Source of the DNA: Legionella sp. | Lineage (GTDB): Bacteria > Pseudomonadota > Gammaproteobacteria > Legionellales > Legionellaceae | Length of the DNA stretch: 64,000 bases | Direction of reading: 5' to 3' | NCBI GenBank assembly: GCA_002863045.1 | Contig: PKDH01000036.1 | Span: 3,630-67,629, forward strand | Shown: piece after piece, positions 18,207-28,983 of the stretch | How positions within the stretch are numbered: the stretch's first letter is position 1 | How the letters are laid out: each line of letters starts with the position of its first letter | The notes under the pieces: generated by a model | Told to the model about the DNA's origin: nothing | What the model saw: the letters and a program-made list of their open reading frames with translations, nothing else | Databases searched by the model: none | Made by a program: the position numbers and the translations under genes

Positions 18207-19724
18207 ATGATTGATTTTCATACTTTGATGTTCACACAACTGCTCTTTATGTTTATTTTTCAGCGCTTAAAACCTTATATAGGTTATTTTATTTTAGGGC
18301 TTATCATGCCACTTGGGTTTGCCCCTTTTCATCTATCAGGTCTTATAGTGGTGGTGATGGCCTTGTTTTATCATCAATTAAGTCATCAATCCTTACGCAA
18401 TCCCGCTTTAATTGGTTTAAGTTTTGGTATGGGATTTTTTGGATGTGGCATATCCTGGGTCGGGATTAGTGTGCATAACTATGGTCATGTTAATTTTTTA
18501 TTATCAACCTTTATCACGCTGATATTTGTTTTGTACCTTGCTCTTTTTACTGCCCTATGCACCATTGTATTTTGTAAATTTAATCAACGCCATTTTAGAC
18601 TTTTGTCAGGATTCTTATTTAGTAGCCTTTGGGTTTTATGTGAATATTTACGCGCGCATTTATTAACCGGTTTCCCATGGTTATTATTGGGATTTAGTCA
18701 GATAAACACACCATTTAAGTTTTATTTACCATTTATAGGTGTGTATGGTGTAAGTTTTTTGGTATGTTTAAGTGCCACTTTATGCGTTTATATAGCTCAT
18801 AGTTACGCTTATAAGCGCATGATTTATACATTCTTTTTGGTAGGGCTTTATCTGGGTGGCTTGAGTCTGCAAACACTACCTTCAATTCATCAGAGTGATA
18901 AACCCATAAGTGTTGGTGTTATCCAAGCAAATTTATCAATGCGTGATAAATGGAATGAGGCGCTGTTTGAGCAACTGCTTTATCGTTATCAGCATGAAAC
19001 TCAAAAATTATTAGGAACGCAGTTAATTGTATTACCTGAGTCCGCCCTGCCTATTCCAGCTGACTATATTCATGACTATCTTGATAATTTACAGCGCTCG
19101 GCCAAAACGGCAGGCAGTGCCATTTTGTTTGGTATTCCACACCGCATGCATCACCAAACATCACCCGCTTATTTCAATGCCTTAATGAGTTTGGGTACGG
19201 CCAATGGCCTTTATTTAAAACAACATTTAGTGCCTTTTGGTGAATATATTCCCAACTCTTTGAAACGTATGAGTAAACTTTTAGGGATACCTATGGCTAA
19301 TCTAATGCCAGGCGCCTCGCAACAATCACCAGTTTATGTTCAACATCACCCCATTGCTTCACTCATTTGTTATGAATTAGCTCATAGTCAAATTTTACGC
19401 GCCCAACTTCCTAAAGCCGAATGGATTGTGACCATCAGCGATAATGGTTGGTTTGGTCACTCGCTTGCTTCCTATCAGCAATTACAAATGGCTCAAGCAT
19501 TATCACTTGCCAGTGCACGCTATCAAGTAGTCGCAAATAATGATGGGCTATCATCTGTTATTAATGCTCAAGGTACACTTATTGATTCTTTGCCTGCTTT
19601 CAAAGCAGGGGTACTAAAATCAACACTTTACCCTATGAGTGGTAGCACATTGTGGGTCAGGTGGGGAGATACACCGGTGATAATTGCCGCTCTTTTTTTC
19701 ATTGTCTTATCACTGGTTGTCTAA
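18207..19724 (+). CDS. lnt: Apolipoprotein N-acyltransferase
   Basis: 505 aa. Multiple N-terminal TM helices are followed by a CN-hydrolase domain (VLPESALP ... LICYE). Confidence 0.9.
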   Translation: MIDFHTLMFTQLLFMFIFQRLKPYIGYFILGLIMPLGFAPFHLSGLIVVVMALFYHQLSHQSLRNPALIGLSFGMGFFGCGISWVGISVHNYGHVNFLLSTFITLIFVLYLALFTALCTIVFCKFNQRHFRLLSGFLFSSLWVLCEYLRAHLLTGFPWLLLGFSQINTPFKFYLPFIGVYGVSFLVCLSATLCVYIAHSYAYKRMIYTFFLVGLYLGGLSLQTLPSIHQSDKPISVGVIQANLSMRDKWNEALFEQLLYRYQHETQKLLGTQLIVLPESALPIPADYIHDYLDNLQRSAKTAGSAILFGIPHRMHHQTSPAYFNALMSLGTANGLYLKQHLVPFGEYIPNSLKRMSKLLGIPMANLMPGASQQSPVYVQHHPIASLICYELAHSQILRAQLPKAEWIVTISDNGWFGHSLASYQQLQMAQALSLASARYQVVANNDGLSSVINAQGTLIDSLPAFKAGVLKSTLYPMSGSTLWVRWGDTPVIIAALFFIVLSLVV

Positions 19725-19812
19725 GGGTTATATGAAACTTGTCACTAAGTATTGCTGCTAAAGATAAGAGACGTTATCCTTACCCACTTTATTGCCGACA
19801 AACTAGACATTT

Positions 19813-22275
19813 ATGGATACAAGCTATCATCATCGCGAAATAGAAGAACAAGCCCAACAATTTTGGCTTAAAAAACAAAGTTTTAACGTTGTTGAAGATT
19901 TGAATAAAGAAAAGTTCTACTGCTTATCGATGTTTCCATACCCAAGTGGCACATTACATATGGGGCATGTGCGCAATTATACTTTGGGTGATGTTATTGC
20001 GCGCTACCAACGTGCATTGGGTAAAAATGTCTTACAACCCATAGGCTGGGATGCGTTTGGATTGCCCGCCGAAAATGCAGCCATCAAACATAAGATTCCA
20101 CCGGCTCAGTGGACAGAACAAAATATTGCAGCCATGAAAGCGCAGTTTTTAAAACTTGGCAATGCTTACGATTGGAAAAGAGAATTTGCTACCTGTGATG
20201 CTGATTACTATCGTTGGGAGCAGTGGTTTTTTATTAAGCTTTTTGAAAAAGGATTGGTGTATCGCAAAAATGCCGTGGTTAATTGGGATCCTGTTGATAA
20301 TACCGTTTTAGCCAATGAGCAGGTCATCGATGGTCGAGGATGGCGCTCTGGTGCATTAATTGAACGCCGTGAAATACCACAGTGGTTTATAAAAATTACG
20401 GCTTATGCCGATGAATTACTAACAGGCCTTGATAATTTACCTAATTGGCCTGCTCAAGTTAAACAAATGCAGCGTAATTGGATAGGACGCTCTGAGGGTT
20501 GTGATATCCAATTTAACATCACCAACTTTTCAAAGCGTTTACGGGTCTACACCACCCGCGCTGATACCCTGATGGGTGTTACCTATCTAGCGGTAGCTAT
20601 TGACCATCCTTTAGCTAAAGAAGCTGCGAAGCGTTGTTCCAAAGTTAAGCAGTTTATTGATGGCTTCCAAGGAGTGCGCTTAGCCGAAGCAGATTTATCA
20701 ACCATGGAGAAAAAAGGCATTGACTCAGGTTTCACAGCCCAACATCCCGTTACACAACAAGCATTACCCATTTGGATTGCAAACTTTGTGTTAATGCAAT
20801 ATGGCTCAGGTGCTGTGATGAGCGTACCCGCTCATGACCCGCGTGATTGGGAGTTTGCAAAAGCATATAATCTACCGCTTAAACCTGTTATCGCCGCGCC
20901 TCTGCATGATTACAACAAAAGTGCTTTTATAGGGGATGGCGTACTTGTTAATTCTGAACAATTTAATAATTTAACTTGTGAAGAAGCCATGCGTGCTATC
21001 ACAGCTTATCTAACTGAACACGGATTAGGCAAAGCCACCGTTTGTTATCGTTTACGCGATTGGGGCGTTTCTAGACAGCGATATTGGGGTACGCCCATTC
21101 CCATGATTCATTGTGAGATGTGTGGCGTGGTGCCTGTGGCAGAGGATGCTCTTCCGGTTAAATTACCTGAAAATATTTGTCTAGATGGCAGTGCTTCACC
21201 CTTAGCCCAAGATAGTGCATTTATGCAAGTAGATTGTCCAAAATGCGGACAAGAAGCCATGCGTGATAGTGATACATTTGATACTTTTGTTGAGTCTTCC
21301 TGGTACTACGCCCGTTTTGCTTGTAAAAATCAAGATAATGCGATGCTAGACGATAGGGCTAAATATTGGACACCAGTTGATCAATACATTGGTGGTATTG
21401 AGCATGCCGTGATGCATTTGCTTTATGCCCGCTTTTTTCACAAGCTCATGCGTGATGAAGGCTTGGTTAATTCGGATGAGCCGTTTAATGCCTTGTTAAC
21501 GCAAGGCATGGTGTTAAAAGATGGTCATAAAATGTCTAAATCATTAGGGAATGTGGTTGACCCTAATGATTTGATTGATAAGTATGGTGCTGATACCGCG
21601 CGCTTATTCATTCTTTTTGCCGCCCCCCCTGATAGCTCTTTGGAATGGTCAGATAGCGGTGTTGAAGGCGCTCATCGCTTTTTAAAACGTGTTTGGGCTT
21701 TTGCTCAACAACACAAATCATTATGCCAAGAGGTTAATGACGGATCATTTGATAACAATTCTAACCAAGATTGGTCAGAAGCCACATCTAAGGTCAAGCA
21801 ACTGCGTTATCATATCAATCAAATCCTTATGCAGGCCAATCATGATTATGAGCGTCAGCAATTTAATACAGTCGTTTCAGGTTCGATGAAACTGTTTAAT
21901 GAGTTATCTTCCTATGAAATTTGTACAGATATAGATAAACAGCAAATTGTCCAAGGTTTAAGTATTTTACTGCGCTTACTTGCGCCTATTACACCTCACA
22001 TCACTCATCATTTATGGAGTGCCTTAGGGTTTGAAAAAATTATCATCGACGCTCCCTGGCCTAAAGTTGATAAGTCAGCACTTAAGGTTGAAACAGTCAA
22101 TTATATTGTGCAAGTCAATGGTAAGCTTAAAGGTCAATTTCAAACATCAATTGAAACCACCGATGAAGACCTTATAAAACTTGCTAAACAACACATTAGT
22201 CAAGAACAACATAAAGCTTTTCATAAAGCCATTGTGGTTAATCATCGGCACCTTATTAATCTTGTGATAAAGTAA
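19813..22275 (+). CDS. leuS: Leucyl-tRNA synthetase
   Basis: 820 aa with the HMGH (PYPSGTLHMGHVRNY) and KMSKS class I signatures. Confidence 0.97.
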   Translation: MDTSYHHREIEEQAQQFWLKKQSFNVVEDLNKEKFYCLSMFPYPSGTLHMGHVRNYTLGDVIARYQRALGKNVLQPIGWDAFGLPAENAAIKHKIPPAQWTEQNIAAMKAQFLKLGNAYDWKREFATCDADYYRWEQWFFIKLFEKGLVYRKNAVVNWDPVDNTVLANEQVIDGRGWRSGALIERREIPQWFIKITAYADELLTGLDNLPNWPAQVKQMQRNWIGRSEGCDIQFNITNFSKRLRVYTTRADTLMGVTYLAVAIDHPLAKEAAKRCSKVKQFIDGFQGVRLAEADLSTMEKKGIDSGFTAQHPVTQQALPIWIANFVLMQYGSGAVMSVPAHDPRDWEFAKAYNLPLKPVIAAPLHDYNKSAFIGDGVLVNSEQFNNLTCEEAMRAITAYLTEHGLGKATVCYRLRDWGVSRQRYWGTPIPMIHCEMCGVVPVAEDALPVKLPENICLDGSASPLAQDSAFMQVDCPKCGQEAMRDSDTFDTFVESSWYYARFACKNQDNAMLDDRAKYWTPVDQYIGGIEHAVMHLLYARFFHKLMRDEGLVNSDEPFNALLTQGMVLKDGHKMSKSLGNVVDPNDLIDKYGADTARLFILFAAPPDSSLEWSDSGVEGAHRFLKRVWAFAQQHKSLCQEVNDGSFDNNSNQDWSEATSKVKQLRYHINQILMQANHDYERQQFNTVVSGSMKLFNELSSYEICTDIDKQQIVQGLSILLRLLAPITPHITHHLWSALGFEKIIIDAPWPKVDKSALKVETVNYIVQVNGKLKGQFQTSIETTDEDLIKLAKQHISQEQHKAFHKAIVVNHRHLINLVIK

Positions 22276-22781
22276 TGTCCAAGACTAGATGGCCTTTTTT
22301 CTTACTGATATTACTCACAAGCTGTGGGTTTAAGTTACGCAACTATGATAATTTACCCACTTGGTTACACCAAATTGCCATTATTATTGACCAAGGTCAG
22401 CGTGATTTAAAACCAATGCTGACCAATGCCTTCAAAGCAACCAATGTGTCTGTCACGTCTAAAGCGTATTACGAACTGCATATCGAGCATGATGAAATTC
22501 AACAAATTATCAGTAATGTCAGTGCCAGTACCACACCAAGACAATATCAATTAAATTACATTCTTTATTTTTCTTTACAAACTTCTAGCCAGCATAAGGT
22601 TATCCCTACTCAAAAAATCATCGTAACAAGACAGCTTACTGTTAATAATAATCGTATTTTAAGCTCTAATGCTGAGGAAGCTCTAATCTATCGTGAAATG
22701 CATCAAGAAGCAGTTTCTAAATTATTAAGCCGAATTAGTAAGCGCCCGGGTTTGCCTGCGGTCGAATCAGGTCATTATTAG
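22275..22781 (+). CDS. lptE: LPS assembly lipoprotein LptE (RlpB)
   Basis: It has a lipobox (LLILLTSCGFKLR) and the conserved leuS-lptE-holA-nadD order. Confidence 0.8.
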   Translation: MSKTRWPFFLLILLTSCGFKLRNYDNLPTWLHQIAIIIDQGQRDLKPMLTNAFKATNVSVTSKAYYELHIEHDEIQQIISNVSASTTPRQYQLNYILYFSLQTSSQHKVIPTQKIIVTRQLTVNNNRILSSNAEEALIYREMHQEAVSKLLSRISKRPGLPAVESGHY

Positions 22782-22784
22782 GCA

Positions 22785-23828
22785 ATGCTAATCAAACATA
22801 ACAACCTTAACTTTGTTGCACCTATCAAACTGACTGCGCGTTTATATATTGTAATCGGCGAGGATTATGTTCAAAAAAATCAAGTGATTGCTACGTTAAA
22901 ATCAAGTTGGCAAAAACAATTATTTGAATATGATGCTGATGTAGATATTGAACGACACAGGATTTATTTAGAAACGGTTAAAGATTGGCAATATTTACAT
23001 GAACTGACTCAAACTCACTCGCTTTTTAGTCAATATAAATTTATTGAAATGATTTATGAGAAAAAAAATTTAGAAGCTGAGGCCAATAATTTTATACAAT
23101 CTTATTTAAATTGTACTCATACCGACGATTTATTGATTCTGCATTCTTCGACATTATCTCAAGCTGCAGTCAAAGCGCATTTAAATCATTCAGGGATTAC
23201 AGTCATACAATGTTTGAAACCCAATATTACTACGGTAACAAAGTGGCTTTATACTGAACTTAAACATATCACACCTTTTTTCGATGATAAAATACCTGAA
23301 TTAATTCAACAATATACGGCAAACAATCTGCTGGCGGCTCAACAAATTTTAGATAAATTAAGCTTAATTATTGATAAAGACGAAGTTCTTGACGTAAGTA
23401 TTGTACATCAACATTTGCTCAACCAGTGTCACTATCATATTTTCGAATTAGAAGAGGCATGTTTACTTAAAGACTCTAAACGTGTACTTGATATTTTACG
23501 ACAAACCGAGGTCAATAAATCGGAAGAAACTTTAGTTTTATGGCATTTTTCACAACTTATAAGATGTTTATTAATCTTGATTGAAGTTCGACAAAATTCT
23601 AAAAATTTTAAACAACAAGCACAAGATTTAAAAATATGGAGTCACCGTATACCGCTTTATCATAATGTTATCGCAGAATTTGATTATTCTTTTTTAAAAA
23701 AATTACTAGAAGCATGTATGCGTCTTGATAAATGTATAAAAACCAATCAAATATTTTTGCTATGGCCTAGATTAGAATGCATTGGACTAAGTTTATGTTT
23801 AAGAAAACAAGTAGGTTGGCTTGAATAA
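22785..23828 (+). CDS. holA: DNA polymerase III delta subunit
   Basis: 347 aa with the YIVIGEDYV N-terminal pattern, in the position after lptE. Confidence 0.8.
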   Translation: MLIKHNNLNFVAPIKLTARLYIVIGEDYVQKNQVIATLKSSWQKQLFEYDADVDIERHRIYLETVKDWQYLHELTQTHSLFSQYKFIEMIYEKKNLEAEANNFIQSYLNCTHTDDLLILHSSTLSQAAVKAHLNHSGITVIQCLKPNITTVTKWLYTELKHITPFFDDKIPELIQQYTANNLLAAQQILDKLSLIIDKDEVLDVSIVHQHLLNQCHYHIFELEEACLLKDSKRVLDILRQTEVNKSEETLVLWHFSQLIRCLLILIEVRQNSKNFKQQAQDLKIWSHRIPLYHNVIAEFDYSFLKKLLEACMRLDKCIKTNQIFLLWPRLECIGLSLCLRKQVGWLE

Positions 23829-24465
23829 TTTAATTATTTACGGCGGAACATTTGACCCAATTCACTGCGGTCATCTAACTATCGCCCGCCATATTCAAAC
23901 GCTGTGTCATTTTGACCGTTTTGTTTTTTTACCCTGCCAACAAAATATCCTCAAAAATCGCCCTAGCGCCCCGGCAGCCAACCGTGTTCATATGATTGAA
24001 TTGGGTTTAAATGAATATAATTTAAATCCTGATATTTTTAAGATTGATACGCGTGAAATCATTCGCCAAACACCATCTTATATGGTTAAAACTTTAGAGG
24101 ATTTTCGCGCTGAATTAGGCAATGAATTACCAATAACACTGCTTCTAGGGGCTGACTGCTTGAAGCATTTATCATCGTGGTATCAATGGCAAAAATTAAT
24201 CACTTTAGGCAACTTACTAATTATAGATCGCCCTCATTCAGCAACCCCCGATAAATCGATAACCACCTTTTTAAAACCATTTGTCACCGGTGATTTGAGC
24301 ACTCTTTTAACCAAAACTAAGAAATATGTATGTTTTTATAACGCCGGCCGATACGACATATCTTCTACTAACATTCGTCATGCCATTAAAAGCAATGATA
24401 AAAAACATATATACTTGCCTAAAACAGTTTTTGAATATATAAAAATTCATCAACTTTATTGTTAG
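23821..24465 (+). CDS. nadD: Nicotinate-nucleotide adenylyltransferase
   Basis: YGGTFDPIHCGHL (HxGH nucleotidyltransferase motif) and ISSTNIR. It has a TTG start overlapping the end of holA. Confidence 0.9.
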   Translation: MNNLIIYGGTFDPIHCGHLTIARHIQTLCHFDRFVFLPCQQNILKNRPSAPAANRVHMIELGLNEYNLNPDIFKIDTREIIRQTPSYMVKTLEDFRAELGNELPITLLLGADCLKHLSSWYQWQKLITLGNLLIIDRPHSATPDKSITTFLKPFVTGDLSTLLTKTKKYVCFYNAGRYDISSTNIRHAIKSNDKKHIYLPKTVFEYIKIHQLYC

Positions 24466-24591
24466 GTTATTAATATCCTAAGTTAGAACTTAAAACTTAA
24501 AACTTAAATAACTTTAAATTATAAGAGAGGGTAAATATTGGGGTGTTATAATGATTTAAGTGAATAAATACTCATTTAGCTGTTTTTAAAA

Positions 24592-25191
24592 TTAATCAAA
24601 GGCAACCCAGTCTTCATATCTATTAACATTTAAATTTTTAGTAGTGGGAGATATTTTAGGTTTATGGTCTAGTTTTTTAGATGCGGGATATAAATCCATT
24701 TGTTGTATTTTTTCAACCACATCAGGCATCCAATTTTTTAGCCAGAAACTTACCGGCTCAAAATATTCACATAACGTCGAATTTTTGATGTAATTTTGAT
24801 ATATCAACGGGCTTAATGATAATATCATGATTAAAAAACCAATTAAAAATGTAGCTCTTATAAAACCAAACAATACACCAAGTAATCTATCTATGCTGCT
24901 TAAACCTGCCTTTTTTAATACCATATTTAACGGCAAGCTAACTAGGCCTCCTGCAAATAAAACCAATACAACCATTACCGTATAAGCAACAACCTGTTGG
25001 GTGGTAGCATCACCGATATAATTTTTTAGAAAAGGTACTAATAATGCGGCATAGTGATAAGCAACCCAAAACGCTAAGGCCCATATACCTAAAGCGAGTA
25101 ATTCTTTTATTAAACCACGCACCAAACCAGTTATGACTGAAAGTGTCATAATAATTACAATAAGCCAATCGATTCCGTGCCATTGTGCCAT
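24592..25191 (-). CDS. cvpA: Colicin V production protein CvpA-family membrane protein
   Basis: Four TM helices, and the conserved accD-folC-dedD-cvpA order. Confidence 0.85.
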   Translation of the reverse strand: MAQWHGIDWLIVIIMTLSVITGLVRGLIKELLALGIWALAFWVAYHYAALLVPFLKNYIGDATTQQVVAYTVMVVLVLFAGGLVSLPLNMVLKKAGLSSIDRLLGVLFGFIRATFLIGFLIMILSLSPLIYQNYIKNSTLCEYFEPVSFWLKNWMPDVVEKIQQMDLYPASKKLDHKPKISPTTKNLNVNRYEDWVAFD

Positions 25192-25192
25192 A

Positions 25193-25876
25193 TTAACTAA
25201 TCCTAGAGATGGGAATAATCAAACCATTTAATTTCATGGTATGAGCTAGCTCGGTTTTTATCGCTATCGCAGTTTGCTTTTTGGCTAATCCATAAATTAA
25301 TACTTGATAAACCCAATTATCCTGACTTCGAGTACGTTTTATACGAGTTTGATAACCATGTTTTTTTAGCTTATTTGCCAAAAATAAGGCGTTATTCTTT
25401 ATTGAAAAACTAGCCAATTGTATGACATAAGAAGTTTGTGTCCTTGGATTTTTAATTGGTTTTTTCTTTATTTTTTGGTGAGAAATTTGTTTTTTAATGA
25501 CACCTCTAGAAATGTTATTTTTAAACTCATGATTATCCGCTGCCAAACTCATTGCATGTATATGAGCGGACTGCTTATCAAGTATTAATTGTGGTAATTT
25601 AGATTGTGCTTTTTTTGGAGGTGATAACTGAGTTTTAGGATGAGAATCAGCGGGTGTTTTAAATGCTATCTGCACTTTATCCGCGCGCTCTAATTTAGGC
25701 AAATTAGGTTTAGGGGGCAGCTTTAAAGCCAGTGTATGTTTGTTATCTGATGAATAAGCAGAAGTTTTCATGATAGATGGAACAACCATTATTGCCAAAA
25801 TGAGTAAAACAATCACACCTACTAAACGATGCTTTAAACGTTCATCAAAAACCCATTTCATTTTATATTTTCCCAT
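25193..25876 (-). CDS. dedD: SPOR-domain cell-division protein (DedD-like)
   Basis: N-terminal TM helix, a low-complexity linker, and a C-terminal SPOR-like domain (YVIQLASFSIKNNALFLANKLKKHGY...). It lies between folC and cvpA as in E. coli. Confidence 0.75.
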   Translation of the reverse strand: MGKYKMKWVFDERLKHRLVGVIVLLILAIMVVPSIMKTSAYSSDNKHTLALKLPPKPNLPKLERADKVQIAFKTPADSHPKTQLSPPKKAQSKLPQLILDKQSAHIHAMSLAADNHEFKNNISRGVIKKQISHQKIKKKPIKNPRTQTSYVIQLASFSIKNNALFLANKLKKHGYQTRIKRTRSQDNWVYQVLIYGLAKKQTAIAIKTELAHTMKLNGLIIPISRIS

Positions 25877-27128
25877 GTTCTAAATAAGATAATGCCTCAC
25901 TTACCAATAAAAAAGTGCCAAATATTAAAATCAAATCGTTACTTGAGGCTTTTTTTTCAATCATGGTCATTGCTAATGAAAAATTACTATAACATATCTG
26001 TTGCGTAATGCCATGTGTAGCGAATGCTTGCTGTAATTGCTTAGCTGTGGCTGCCCGCGAACTTGACATTATCACTACCAACCACTCATCCACAAGAGGC
26101 AAGAATGGCTCAATTATTTTTTCATGCTTTTTATCATTTAAGGCTGAAAAAATAGCATAAATTTTACCTTGAGGTTTATAACGCACCAAATAATTTGCGA
26201 GATAGCGTGCCGCTTGTGGGTTGTGTGCAACATCAATCAAGCAAGGGCAAAGCTGGGGAGTTTTGAGCCAATGTAGGCGACCATCTAAATGAATATTATT
26301 TAATCCTTGATGAAGTGCTTGAACGGTAACGGGTAATAAATTTTGCATGTTACGCACGGCCATAATCGCAGCAGAAATTGAATTAGGATGAAATTTTGGA
26401 TGTGGAATTTTGATTTGGAACTCGTGAGCGCTCAATTCTAATGCATTGCTTGTTATTTTTTGTGTGTAATCGACGTCTTGTCTGATAAGTTGACAGCAAA
26501 GCTTGTGGGCATAATTCACTAAGCTTTGTGGGGCGTGCTTATCTGCATAAATACAAGGTTTATTGTGACGCATGATACCCGCTTTTTCATAAGCAATAAG
26601 TTCAATCGTATTGCCAAGATATGCTTCATGGTCTTTTGCAACTGTGGTTATAATTGTTAAATCGCTGTCAATAATATTAGTGGCGTCTAAGCGTCCGCCT
26701 AACCCCACTTCAAGCAATAAAATAGCCGGCTCGCATTGCTTAAAATACCATAATGCCGCAAGCGTTGTGGTTTCAAAATAAGTAAGCTCACGAGCATTAT
26801 CTAGAGTTGCAATTATCTTAAATGCGGCAACCAAGTCTTGGTTAGCTATTGGTTGTTTATTTAATCTAATACGTTCATTAAAACAGTTTAAATGGGGTGA
26901 AGTATAGCTAGCAACATCGTAGCCAGCTGCCAGATATATAGCTTCTAAAGCGGCAACTGTAGCACCTTTGCCATTCGTACCCCCAATAGTAATCACATAA
27001 CTTGGAGGATTTAATAGCTTTAATCTTTGTGCCGCACTTAGCACACGTGTTAGACCCAGCTGAATTTCTTGGTTATGCTGATTATCAAGCTTAGTTAACC
27101 ATGTTTGTAATTCATGCGATCCAATCAT
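25863..27128 (-). CDS. folC: Dihydrofolate synthase / folylpolyglutamate synthase
   Basis: Mur-ligase P-loop (GGTNGKGA) and the typical length and position after accD. Confidence 0.9.
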   Translation of the reverse strand: MIGSHELQTWLTKLDNQHNQEIQLGLTRVLSAAQRLKLLNPPSYVITIGGTNGKGATVAALEAIYLAAGYDVASYTSPHLNCFNERIRLNKQPIANQDLVAAFKIIATLDNARELTYFETTTLAALWYFKQCEPAILLLEVGLGGRLDATNIIDSDLTIITTVAKDHEAYLGNTIELIAYEKAGIMRHNKPCIYADKHAPQSLVNYAHKLCCQLIRQDVDYTQKITSNALELSAHEFQIKIPHPKFHPNSISAAIMAVRNMQNLLPVTVQALHQGLNNIHLDGRLHWLKTPQLCPCLIDVAHNPQAARYLANYLVRYKPQGKIYAIFSALNDKKHEKIIEPFLPLVDEWLVVIMSSSRAATAKQLQQAFATHGITQQICYSNFSLAMTMIEKKASSNDLILIFGTFLLVSEALSYLEHGKI

Positions 27129-27992
27129 TTAATGAGAAACCGTATCGTGCATTAATTTAGCTAAGATTTCAGCAATGGTTGAACGTAAATCTTGTCGCGC
27201 TACGATCATGTCAATGTGCCCATGTTCTAATAAAAACTCACTACGCTGAAACCCTTCTGGCAATGTTTGCCTAACGGTTTGTTCAATCACACGAGGGCCA
27301 GCAAAGCCAATAAGTGCTTTGGGTTCAGCAATAATAATATCGCCAAGGCTTGCAAAACTTGCTGAAACGCCACCCATTGTTGGGTCAGTTAATACCACGA
27401 TAAAAGGCAGGTTATGTTTAGCAAGATTCGCGACACTTGCTGAAGTTTTAGCCATTTGCATCAATGAAAATAAACCCTCTTGCATGCGCGCGCCCCCACT
27501 TGCAGTAAAACAAACAAACGGTAGGCTTTGACTAATGGCTATATCAATGACTCGAACAAATTTGTCCCCAACGGTTGCCCCCATTGAGCCACCCATAAAG
27601 TCAAACTCAAACGCTGCAACCACCAATGGTCGCTTTTGCAATCTGCCAGTACCCATAATGAACGCTTCTTTTTCATTGGTAGCTTTTTGCGCTTGATTAA
27701 TGCGGTCTTTGTACTTTTTAGAATCCCTAAATTTAAGTCTATCAACAGGTTCAAGATGGGAAGCACATTCACTAAAGGTTTGTGGATCTAAAAAATAATG
27801 CAAACGTGTGCGTGCTGAAATACGATGATGATGTTGACACGAAGGACAAACAGAAAGATTTTTAGATAGTTCGGTACTGTAAAGAACCGTTTGACAACTC
27901 ACGCATTTTAACCATAAACCTTCTGGCACACCTTTTTTTTCGTAGCTACTTGTTTTAACCATAGAAGGTATTAACTTTTTGAGCCAACTCAT
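27129..27992 (-). CDS. accD: Acetyl-CoA carboxylase carboxyltransferase beta subunit
   Basis: It matches my recollection of E. coli AccD almost throughout. Examples are MSW..., the zinc ribbon CxxC...Cxx[13 protein letters not shown], AAFEFxFMGGSMG and [14 protein letters not shown]. The start is set at the ATG at 27992 (MSWLKK); the track ORF starts at GTG 28004. Confidence 0.95.
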   Translation of the reverse strand: MSWLKKLIPSMVKTSSYEKKGVPEGLWLKCVSCQTVLYSTELSKNLSVCPSCQHHHRISARTRLHYFLDPQTFSECASHLEPVDRLKFRDSKKYKDRINQAQKATNEKEAFIMGTGRLQKRPLVVAAFEFDFMGGSMGATVGDKFVRVIDIAISQSLPFVCFTASGGARMQEGLFSLMQMAKTSASVANLAKHNLPFIVVLTDPTMGGVSASFASLGDIIIAEPKALIGFAGPRVIEQTVRQTLPEGFQRSEFLLEHGHIDMIVARQDLRSTIAEILAKLMHDTVSH

Positions 27993-28199
27993 GGCAAATT
28001 CCACCTTTTTAAAATTTAAAGGTGCTTAGTATACGCTAGAAAAAAAAATATGACTGCCATTGTTTGATTAAAACTTTATATATCCTCTAGCTTTAAATGC
28101 AAAAAAAGTCTTATATGCATAAAAATTCGCCAAAAAGAATTAAGTTTTTAAGAAATTAGTCGATATTTTATACATCATCCTTTTTATAAAGAGGAAAAT

Positions 28200-28913
28200 A
28201 TGCCTCACCTATTGTTGTTCTGGTTATTAGTTACGTTATTTTTTTCTCAAAGTTTTGCGCAAACCCGTTTTGGCGAGCGGTTATGTCATCATCCTGATTA
28301 TTTTTGTCTTAAAATTAAATATGGTGAAAACTGGGATACTTTATTCCCAACATTAGAAGCTCAAGATGTTGTTAAGCGTATCAATCGTCTTAATGTGGCT
28401 CTTAAACCTGGCTTTATTATTGCCATCCCTAAAAACTTAGACAAACTTACTATTTATGATGTTGCACCTTTTCCCCGCTATATTAATAGTCAAGGTGAAA
28501 AAACCATTTATATTAGTCAAAAAAATCTTGCCTGGGCCGCTTATGATGCTCAAGGGGAACTTATTTGGTGGGGCCCTATTTCTCCGGGCATGAGTCATTG
28601 TGGCGCACGCGGTGAATGCCATACCCCAAGTGGGGCGTTTAGAATTATTCGCAAACAAGATATCGATTGTATATCAACGGCTTTCCCAGTAAGAGCAGAT
28701 GGTAATAATGGTGGTGCGGCTATGCCCTACTGTATGCATTTTTTTCGTGGATTTGCTTTGCATGGCAGCTCTTCTGTTCCAGGGTTTCCAGCAAGTCATG
28801 GGTGTGTACGTATGTTCATCGAAGATGCGCAATGGCTGAATGAGGAGTTCATTGAACTTCCTGGAAATGGTTTTAAAGGTACCCGTGTTATTATTGACGC
28901 CTTAGAAACGTAA
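28200..28913 (+). CDS. L,D-transpeptidase (YkuD domain), secreted
   Basis: It has a signal peptide and the catalytic motif HGSSSVPGFPASHGCVRM. Confidence 0.85.
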   Translation: MPHLLLFWLLVTLFFSQSFAQTRFGERLCHHPDYFCLKIKYGENWDTLFPTLEAQDVVKRINRLNVALKPGFIIAIPKNLDKLTIYDVAPFPRYINSQGEKTIYISQKNLAWAAYDAQGELIWWGPISPGMSHCGARGECHTPSGAFRIIRKQDIDCISTAFPVRADGNNGGAAMPYCMHFFRGFALHGSSSVPGFPASHGCVRMFIEDAQWLNEEFIELPGNGFKGTRVIIDALET

Positions 28914-28983
28914 TTATTTTCATGTGATTGGCGTACTTTATTGTGTGTGATAACATTGCTTTACTTATTTTTTAGGGTATATC

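Noticed and set aside
24466-24591. Heptamer AACTTAA x3 (24487-24507) and an extended -10-like TGTTATAAT (24544-24552) in the nadD/cvpA convergent spacer. I considered a possible small RNA or orphan promoter.
   Set aside because: The repeat is short and AT-rich, as expected by chance in this composition. No downstream terminator or conserved-looking structure is visible, and transcription would only run antisense into cvpA.
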